NCBI GenBank assembly: GCA_951406725.2
Contig: OX597819.1
Location: 75,206,001-75,270,000, forward strand
Direction: 5' to 3'
DNA: 64,000 nt
DNA from: Octopus vulgaris
Lineage: Eukaryota
Position numbers and translations under genes: made by a program. This document shows, piece after piece, positions 54,559-64,000 of this stretch. The notes under the pieces are model-generated. The model was not told the origin of the DNA and made no database searches. It was given only the letters and a program-made list of their open reading frames with translations. Numbering within the stretch: the first letter of the stretch is position 1; the number at the start of each line of letters is the position of its first letter.

Positions 54559-55823
54559 TTAAATACTCAGCTGTCTCCTTTTTTGTTCTCTTCATATATT
54601 ATGCATATATTTTTTTTTAATGAAAACAATCCAAAGACATATTTTCTAAACTAATTTTAATAGAATATTTTAAATTATTTCTGGGATTAATGAGTTTTCT
54701 GTTGAAATTTGAAGTTAAACATTAAATTAACTTGACCTGTAGTTCTGAAGATTAATAAATATTCTCTTAAGATAGTTATACAAAATGTATCTTTTGCCCT
54801 TCAATAAAATATTTGTTTGCAATGTACATGGAAGAAAATTGAAAATCTTGCAATTTCAATCTGAAATTTAAAAAAAAAAATCCTCTTTCAATTTAGATTT
54901 CAGTGCCCCAGTCCTTGCTTGATTTCCAGTTCAGTTCAAATCCTGTTTTTGTATTTCATTTAAAAAAGAAAGAAGTTTTCTACAGTATGCAATGTTTTAG
55001 TAACTTGTTTGCATTAACACTTAGTTTTGTTGTCTGAGATTCTGTCTCCAGCTGGTGGGCTATGGCCTTGACTTTCATTTTCTGCTTGGTTTTTCTCTTT
55101 GTGAGATGTTTCAAAGGTGTTTGCTCCCTACTATTTTTTCTTCAACTTCTTGTCAATTATGATCGATGTCCACAAATTTATAAGCCTCAGTATTTTATTT
55201 ATATATATTAAATTTTATTAATTTCTTTTTTAGTTTATTTTTACAATGTTATCAGCACAAATCTGATACAACTCAATATTCATTCGTAAAAGTGCTTAAT
55301 CTATTACAATACATTGGCATAATACTATAAACTAGACTCCAAGTGATAGGCATAAAAATAAACAAGCAATACAAAAATAACCACTTACAGTGCTGCTACT
55401 TTTGCCAATGTCTAAATCCTAGAAAACATGTAATTTCTGTTAGTGTGTTTGATTAAGCTATAGTGACGAGTCATACACATATTGGTATTAAGCCCTGTCA
55501 GCTAACATCACATTGTATATGTTTTGTATGTTCCATAGATAAGTCACATGCCTGTGGTTTTTATATTTTCTTGGTAAAAGATGTAACTGTACTTAAGTAT
55601 ATACAGTAAGTCAACTTACCAAATAGTTTAAATTAAAATAGAAATTTTTTTCTTAAATGTTTTACTTGATAGCTGCTAAATTGAATAGTGCTTTTTCATT
55701 ACAATTTTTTAAGGGTCATATTTGTCTCTATTTTAGTCTTGTTTTTTAAACTCTGTCACTTTCATACATGTAACAATCAACAGCTCTAAATAATTTGAAT
55801 TCTTTTATCAAATACTTTTACAG

Positions 55824-55942
55824 GAGATTCTCAACCCCTAAAGATGTTCGATCGTCATTCAAGTCTTGCTGGATGTCAAGTCATCAACTACCGGACCGAT
55901 GAAAAGCAACAGTGGCTTCTGTTGATAGGAATATCAGCCCAG
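55824..55942 (+). CDS. CLTC: Clathrin heavy chain exon 4 ([40 protein letters not shown]); not in the ORF track
   Basis: ttttacag acceptor, 119 nt, phase 1-0, donor CAG|gtttgt; continues exon 3 in frame and matches CHC. Confidence 0.97.
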
Positions 55943-58134
55943 GTTTGTTAAACGCATTTCAACTCATCATATTGGTTGTGAATAAATATTATTTTTCAGC
56001 TGTATTTAAAAAAATTTTTTTTAATTTTAATAGATTTTACTAAATATCAGTATAGTTATTCAGCTATCTAATTTAAATTGTTAAAATTCTACAGTTACCA
56101 AAACACAATGGTCATTGTTTATTTATGATAATTATTCAGTTTCTCACTGAAAAAATTGTATTTCAAAATGAGAAGAAAATATTATTCAAGGACAACTGTA
56201 AGTCAAAGGAAAATATTAGAATTTTTATGTGTATGTTTGTGTGTAATCTCGGCATGTTTTTGGAGTATTCACTAATAAACTTCTTGGAATCTACTTTTGA
56301 TCGTATATAACTTGTGATCTGATTTTTCTTACATTCCTTTAGTTTGTATATTCAATTGTATTTGTAATATCCCTCCCAATTCATACTTCATTTAAAAATG
56401 AAATTGTTTTAAATTTTAATTTAACTCTGCAATAAGGCAAAAATAATTTCTAGTAGGGTTTTGTTTTTTTTAACCAAAAGTCTGATTGTGTATTTAGAGA
56501 AAGTGTATACTTAATCATAGAAGTGTATTTATCATAATATTCATTGACATTTCATTGTCAACTGATGAATTTGTTATTTAAACACTAGTTTGTTTGTTGT
56601 ATTTTGTTTTTGTTTTTTTTTTTCTCAATCTGAATGTTATTTCTGAGCTGGTGTCATCCTTCTAGTATTGAATTCTTCATTCTCAATTGACATTGGATCT
56701 CTCAACTGCAAAGTTTTACTCCAGCTACATTGCACTCACTGGTGTGCACTTGTAGCTAGGCAAGTTCATGTAACCTATGTTAGCCAGGCTCACTGTATTT
56801 GGGGTCCAGTATCTAATGAATCTGTAAAATTAAATGGTACAGATTTAGTTTGACATACGTACTAAGCTGTCCAAATTTTTCTCAATTTAATGTATCAGCA
56901 TTTGGAGTGTAAACAGAAACTGATACTATCTAGATAAATAATTTACTAATTTCTACAAAAGGAAATTAGGCTTTCCTTATTCTAACAATAGTTGTTTGAA
57001 TGTCAGTGATAACTATTATAGATGTTCCTGTTACAGATAAAGTATCTACTGGATTTTCAGACCCATATGAAGATTTGAAATCAGCACTGCATAAAATTCA
57101 TTAGAGTATTCCTGCTATTTACAGCTGTATCTATACAGACCCTTATTTACAGTTAAGTGGATTGTTCTAAGGAATGTTTGGCTTGGCCATGGACATCATA
57201 TAGAACCAGTGAAGAGGATATAAACCATCACTCTTTCAAATGTTTATCATACCTTATTGATTTAATCATGCAGATATGTCTCTATATCCAGAGGTTATTA
57301 AGTTGAAATATTTGTTTGAATAGAAAATTTGAAGATTAAATCTGTTAGCACGATGATGTATTTTTCTTTACTTTTCATTAAACAAACAAATATTCTAATT
57401 CAAGTCAGGAGATTGTGTGGGAAAAGGATTTTTATATCAAAGAATATAAATTGACTTTATTACTTTTGCCAAAACTTGTACAATTTCTTTGTCCACTTAC
57501 ATTAAGAAAACCAACTTTCATATTTTTATATAAGTTTATGATTAAACAATTTAACACTAATTACAATTTGCAATTTTGCACAATCTTTCTAATATTTGGC
57601 TGAGAAAATATATCATCATAACACATTTGTATGTAATGATTCTGTTCTTGCCATCCAAGAAAATGAAATATTTACCATGTCTTGTTCATATGAAGTCAAA
57701 CTTTCATTAAAAAAATAACACTTAGTATCACATTCTAATCATTAATCTGATGAGAAAATTTGATACTAAAACTTATTAAATAATAAACAAGCTTTTCTTT
57801 AAAAAAAAACAGTATTCTTTGGTTAGTCCACTGGTGAAACGTTTTTTGCAGTATTTGAAATTCAAATGTAAAGGAGGATGGTCAAATATCCTACTGGCCT
57901 GGATCTGCCCCATCTCTAATTTTCTAAAAAAAAAAGACTTTTCTCCTATTGAAATTTTTTTTTTAATCTAATTCTATATATATATTTGTAATGTAACCAA
58001 TTATTATACATTATACTTGAATATGACCAGAAACTTTACAAAGTTCATTTAAATTTTAAAACGTGTTCATCCAAAATAATTTATTTGTAAAGATATCTGC
58101 TGTTAAATTGATTAACCATTTTGCTTTGAGAAGG

Positions 58135-58289
58135 GCACCACATTAAAAGCACCAAGTACACTCTGTAAAGTTGTTGGCATTAGGAAGGGCATCCAGTCAA
58201 AACCATGCCAAAACAGACAAAATGATGCCTGATGCAGCTCTCCAGCTCCTGTCAAACTTTTCCCCCCATGTTAAATGATTATGATGATG
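58135..58289 (+). mobile_element. Tail module
   Basis: AAAAGCACCAAGTACACTCTGTAAAG...GGAAGGGCATCCAG...(GAT)n. Confidence 0.75.
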
Positions 58290-58619
58290 AAGGGAAAATT
58301 CAATCTTCTCTCAAATTTTCTTAATCCAAATGGCTTTGAAATTTTTCTTATTGTTAAAATAATTTTTGTTTGATACAGTTAGCTTTACATTAAAAATGCA
58401 AGTACACTAGTGCAGTTTTCCAATAACTCTAATTTTGATTCCTGTTACATTTGTTTTCCTAGCCTTTGTTGATGATATAAACATCACATTTTTCCAATAT
58501 TTCTATTTGTGATAATTTTGAAGCTACTCCAACATCTGTAAAAATAAAATAATTATAATGATAAGAAATAACAGTTAATGTACATGTATTATTTTGTGCT
58601 TTTATTGGTTTTATGCATT

Positions 58620-60024
58620 CATGGGGGAATTCAGTTAGAGAATGCATGGGTGAAAAGTCTCCCCAATGTAGGCGAAACAGAGGGACCTAGTACTATAGTT
58701 GACAGCAGTTTTATAGAGAAAGCAATTAAGGATATGAAGGAAGACAAAGCCTTTAGTCCATTACAAATTGCTACTGATATGCTCAAAGTATCTGGCAGTG
58801 TAAGGATATGGCCTAATTATTTGCATAGCCAATCAGGTTGTACAAGAAGCTGTCATACCCAGTAACTGATGTAGCCGCATTATAGACAGGGGTAAAGGAA
58901 ATAGAGATATCAAATTGCTGGACCAGGTCATGAACGTTACAGAAAGAGTTATTGCTCAACTCTTTTAATTAGGAAGAGAATTAGATTAGATAAGATGTAG
59001 TTTGGCTTTGTGCCAGTAAGAACTATTGATGCTCTCTTTCTAGTTAGGCAACTTCAGAAGTATTTAGCCAAAAGTAAATTGCTGTACATGGCATTCATGA
59101 ACCTAGAGAAAGCCTTCAGTGAAGCCTCTCATTCCCTGAACTGGTGGTCACTGTGGAAGCTAGTTGTAGATGAATAGCTATTGAGAGTTAGCATTTAATA
59201 CAGCAACAGCTTTAGTGCGTAAGTTTGTGTTCACTAGGGCTTAGTCCTTTCCTATTTATTACAATCCTCCAGACCAAAACAGGAGTTTTAAGACTGGGTA
59301 CTCATGAGATATCCTCTATACTGATGACCTTGTTCTTATAGCTGAATTTATAGTAGAATTAGAAAAGAAAAAAGCTCAGAGAGCTATTATTGCTGTTGGT
59401 AATGAAGGTCTCTCAGGATGAAAAGCAGTTTGTTTGATGCTTGTATGCAAACAGCAATGTTACATTGTAGTGAAACATGAGCTGTAAATGCAGAGGATAT
59501 GTGAGACTAGAAAAAAAGCAAAACTAACGTGTTCTGCTAGGTGTGCAGCATAAAGGAGTGCTGATCACCAAATGTGGCAAGGAACTATTGAAGAGGGAGA
59601 TCCAAGAATAAATGAGACAAAGTAATGAAGACCTCAGTTGTTGAGCCTCAGGGAAGAGATGACTGGCAGTTCACTGTGCTCAAGAAAATCTATCCATCTT
59701 AGCAAAGCATGGTTCTGTCTATGCTGTCCCTACAGTTCATCTCAGCACCCATCCTTCCATCACTGATCAAACTACAGCACTATTTCAGCTGTTGTAATTA
59801 TATGAGAGCAGAGATGCTACAAGTTCCCTCTCTCTTTGGAGTCTCCTCCCCTTGTCACCTACTCAGCATTCTCAATCTCATCTCTTACCACTGTGTTTTC
59901 CAGTGTATTTTTCTTTCACATTGGCCATCAATGTACTCCCTCCAGCTTTGTCACTCTCTTTCCATGTTCACACCTACTTACCTCTGATCTCCTCCCTTGT
60001 CATAGTGCACTCCTCCCTCTTCTT

Positions 60025-60067
<43 letters not shown>

Positions 60068-60690
60068 TCTCTTCACATTGTCTCCCTATTTCTCATCTGT
60101 ACAGTTTTATTACAATACTGCTCTCCAGCTGCTAGCCCATTTTCTATTGCCACTTACCAATTCCTGTTCATCTCTATCCTACAACCAAACTGAAATTCAT
60201 CATTGACCTCTCCTTCCTTGTTTACCATTCACATACATCCTCAAGTCTCACCATCTGTTGCTCTCACATACTCTCACAAATATACCCACCTGCCACTCCT
60301 ATTCCTCTGTCTCTATCCTCCCCTTTGAACCTCGAGGACACATCCTGACATCACTGCTCCATCATTTTCTTTTCTCTCTATTTCCTGCTATGATATTCAT
60401 GTCTCTCTGACATACTCTTGCCTCTCAACACCAGGTATTAAACCCCCTCCCTCAATACCACACTTCCACATAGCCTAGGTGTCTTGTGAGTTATTGGGCA
60501 ACTTCACCAGTGCTAGTGGAAAAAGAGCACCCAGTACACTCTGTAAAGTGGCTGCCATTAAGAAGGGCATCCAGCCATAAGACCATACCAAAGCAGGCAC
60601 AGGAACTCAATGCAGTCTTCTAAGTTGTCGGATCCTGTCAATCTGTTCAATCCATGCCAGCTAGAGAAATGGATGTTAAATGATGATTTA
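58620..60690 (+). mobile_element. Decayed RTE-type LINE (same family) with CT-rich 3' UTR and tail
   Basis: IEKAIKDMKEDKA, DIKLLDQVMNVTERV, FGFVP and LYTDDLVLIAE (YADD-like) remnants; ends AGAAGGGCATCCAGCC...GATGTTAAATGATGA. Confidence 0.8.
60026..60064. repeat. (CA)n microsatellite
   Basis: Direct reading. Confidence 0.95.
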
Positions 60691-63340
60691 ATGTCACTCT
60701 CATTGAAGTTAGTGAAATAAATATAATAAATGCACTTCCATATGTCCAAATTTTACAAACAGTTCTCTTTTATTACATCCTTAAAACTTTGAAGTTATTT
60801 TTAAAATGACATGTCTAGAAACTACATTTTCCTCACAATTTTATTAGTTTCTTATAAATTTATTATGGATCTTATTTGATGCTATTAATTTTTGTTTATG
60901 ATAGATCTAAAGTAGTTTTCTGATACCCTGTTTTGAAATTCAATTTTTCTCAAGCAAACATGAGTGGGGGTGATACATAGTTTCAGTATTGTGTATTTTT
61001 AAGAATTTATGCATACATTAGGGAAACATAGGTTTACTTGTTTTTGTTTGTTCTTTTAGTGGAACTCAGAAAAGAAATTTAATAACTAAAAATATTTTCA
61101 ACTCTTTTCATTTTTTGGCTGCATTTAGTTCTTCAATGTACACTTCTGACCCATAGATGTTCCTAATCTATTTAGTTCTTATGTGTTATTTTGCTTCTTT
61201 TCTTTTAAATGAAAAAATTGCTTTGGTAGCTTGTCAACTTGCATTGACTAAAGGTTTTCTGCTTGTCTTTTGAAGGTCTCTTCTAATTCCCAAGTTAGAC
61301 ATGGTGTCTATGCATGTGATTTCAGTTCATTTTGTGTTATTGTTTAGTATATCCTGCTTTCATTGAATGTATGAGATGGTGATTACATGTCACTCAGTTT
61401 GATATATCTAACAAACTTTCAGGTTATAATTTCATGTACTATCAGTAACGCTCCCAGTCTTAATTTAAAACTTCGTTAACTTTTTTTGTTTCTGTAAAAT
61501 CTTATTTTAAACCATTAATAGTTTCAAATGCATTTATCTTTTTGTTATTGCTTTATAACATTTTTGTCAAGTAACTATAATCTGTAAAACCCAATTCAGA
61601 ATTATTTTTTATTAAAAAATTCATTATAGAAAATTTAATTTACATAACCAAATTTTTTCTTAAATGTTAGCTGCAGCTAAACTAAGTACTAATTCATTTA
61701 AAAGAATTAATACCATGTAGAATATAACATTTTTTTTACATCAAGGTTTTGTTTCATGTAAAAAAAAAAAAAATAGAGCTAATTAGTTATTCAAATTTCA
61801 ATGATTCTTTTTTTTTTTTATGTAAATAAATTACAGTCTCCCCCCACCCCCATCCCCCCAAAAATAGAATCTGGTGAATGACTTGAAACCAGTACTGACT
61901 TTTTAAACAGCATATTTATGGTACTACATCAATTTTGTAAAGTAATTCATGTTTAAACAATTTTTCAAAAGTACTTCAACATAGACCTAAAAAAAAAGAA
62001 ATAGATAATTCAAATTGCTATTGAATTGTAATTATTTTTAAGGAAAGAATTTACAACAATAATTCAGTATTCAAATCAGTCATTGTTAACATGTTGGTAG
62101 TAAAAAAAATCACACCAATCAAATTCTAGTTTCATTTTTATATGAATAAATTCACTAACACATTTGTTAAAATTATGATGTTGTAATTTTGAAATGTTCA
62201 GCCTTGTTGCTGAAAGCATTTAATAAATGTAAATTGACTTGAATTAGCAGAAAACTTTTCCCTTTTTTTTTGCCCCACTCAAACTTATATCTTTCAGTCA
62301 AATTCATTTTACATATTAGATTTAAAATGCATTAATTCACACAAGAGAAAGAATCCTATTTAAGCTATACATATTGATGCTTGCATTTTGAAACCATTTC
62401 ATATTTGGGTTTTGTTCTGTTAAAATTTAACCATTTATTATTTTTTTTACATAAAAGCCTTCCTAATCTGATTTTTATTTTATTTTATTTTAAGCTGTCT
62501 GGTAAGCACTCCCAATGATTATTGTTTGAAATTAAAAAGATAGTAAAAATATTCTGTATTACAGTTGAAGTGAAAATTTAAATTGCAACTCTATAATTGT
62601 AATTTAGAACCTAGTCTAATTGAGAATGGTTTTTAAAATTCTCATGCTGATGATTACTTGCGAATAAATTCTCAAGGTTATTTGACATATAAACATTGTT
62701 TTAGTCATGTAGTTCCAAATTTTTTTGGTTCAGATGAAAGTTTAACAAAAAAGTTCTGCAATCTATTGATTTAACTCCTCTATATTGAGTGATACAACAA
62801 TATTTGAAGAGGATTTTTTTCTTTTCTCAAACTGTAAAAAATAATTTTATTTATATATTGCAGTAAATGGGGGTGGGGTGAGCAGTAGAATGGTTTAGAG
62901 TTGCTCAAGGGATGTTTTCACTATTTCTTTTAATTGATCAATTATAATAATCAGAAATGGAGAGTGCATTGAGACATTTTATAATTTAATTAGTTCTGAG
63001 TTATATTTTGTTTTAAACTGTAGTTTTAATTTTAAAGTTTCTTTTATATTATATTCATTAAATGTTAATTTTCATTTATTGTAAATTAAGTTTATATTAT
63101 TAACTGTTAATTTAGAAAATTTAATTTTTACTTAATCATATAGCAAAAAGAAGCTCTCAAATAGCTGCAGATTAAAACAATTAACTTTATTATTTGTTGA
63201 TTTTTTTTTTTTTAAACAGCCAATTCACATCATTAGAGCTATCTTATAAGTGAAGGATTGATCACTGTACTTCGTTAAACTAATTTAAAACAAATATCTA
63301 AAGATTTATAAGAAATTGGAGTTCTGTTATTTGCTTTTAG

Positions 63341-63379
63341 GTAAATGCTGAAAACTCTGCTGTGACACCACCAACTCAG
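63341..63379 (+). CDS. CLTC: Candidate 39-nt alternative exon of CHC (VNAENSAVTPPTQ after ..ISAQ)
   Basis: ttctgttatttgcttttag|GTAAAT...ACTCAG|gtaaat; 13 codons, phase 0-0 as intron 4 requires, no stop; GC-richer than flanks. Confidence 0.6.
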
Positions 63380-64000
63380 GTAAATATGAGGAGGTTGGAC
63401 AGGGGAGCCTTCCAAAGCCTTCTTTTTTCCAAAGGATGCCTACCTACCTTACCTGTCCTAGCTATGAAATTTGGTATCACTCCAGCTATGTTCAAGCTGA
63501 TGTTTATAATCCCATACTAAATTAATGAAAAAAAAAAATTATAGATATTTTATGTTAAATGCACATTAGTCTTTCAATATATTTACATTGAGTATTACAT
63601 AAATTTACAATAATAGATAGCACTAATTCAAGATGAAATTTTGAAATATCTTGGTTTTGAAAGAAAATTTACTACTGCCATTAAGATTAAATGTTATTTT
63701 AATGAATTCAACTAACATTTGCCACTTGGAGATATGTTGGCAACTTTTTGAAAGTAAAGACAATGCCATAAGGTTGTGCAAGAAACTATGAGTAATGTGT
63801 TTGGGCAGTTATTCATTTAAAACAATTTAAGTTCTATTTTTTAAGCCTCAATTTTTTCTTTTAATTTAGTTTCCCTGTATTACCAACTTTTTGCTTAATT
63901 TTGCCTTTCAATTCCCTTTTGATATCATTTAAAATTTTTTCTTTTACATAAATTAGAGTTTATTAAATCTAAAAATGCTTGAGATCAGATCTATTATTTT

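Noticed and set aside
55052-55117. Exon-like segment after tctgtctccag
   Set aside because: Stop after 6 codons in the required frame and weak donors; no evidence for a poison exon.
55821-55826. NAGNAG (CAGGAG) at the exon 4 acceptor
   Set aside because: The distal GAG acceptor is disfavoured and the proximal CAG restores the conserved Gly.
19015-60690. Recurrent GGAAGGGCATCCAGC motifs as a CRISPR-like or regulatory array
   Set aside because: Dispersed, on both strands, with irregular spacing and (GAT)n tails; these are retroposon copies in eukaryotic DNA.
172-60749. Most of the short ORFs in the supplied track
   Set aside because: Low-complexity, microsatellite or SINE-derived translations with no recognisable protein similarity; only those overlapping CHC exons, RT relics and the transposase carry signal.
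55943-64000. Next constitutive CHC exon (QNRVVGAMQLYS...)
   Set aside because: Not found by reading; it presumably lies beyond the window end.

Overview
AT-rich metazoan genomic DNA; the SINE/LINE repertoire suggests an octopus or other coleoid cephalopod (inference). Almost the whole window is the 5' part of one + strand clathrin heavy chain (CLTC/Chc) gene. It has a CpG-rich promoter near 3.1 kb and four constitutive coding exons (3199-3243, 28859-29066, 40039-40188, 55824-55942) encoding about the first 174 aa of the beta-propeller terminal domain. The introns are 25.6, 11.0, 15.6 and >8 kb, and the gene continues beyond the window. The introns hold tRNA-headed SINEs, RTE-type LINE relics and four DNA transposon derivatives: a pogo/Tc1-like TIR element, a DD82E 'Sailor'-like fossil, a fold-back mariner and a piggyBac-like MITE. 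The most notable observation is two small, frame-preserving, phase-matched candidate alternative exons missed by the ORF track: 18 nt at 46962-46979 and 39 nt at 63341-63379. They would insert peptides into loops of the adaptor-binding terminal domain. The second carries a UGC microexon signature and recreates a donor at its own 5' end. Most ORFs in the supplied track are spurious. Repeat boundaries are approximate unless TIRs or TSDs are quoted, and no database searches were run.
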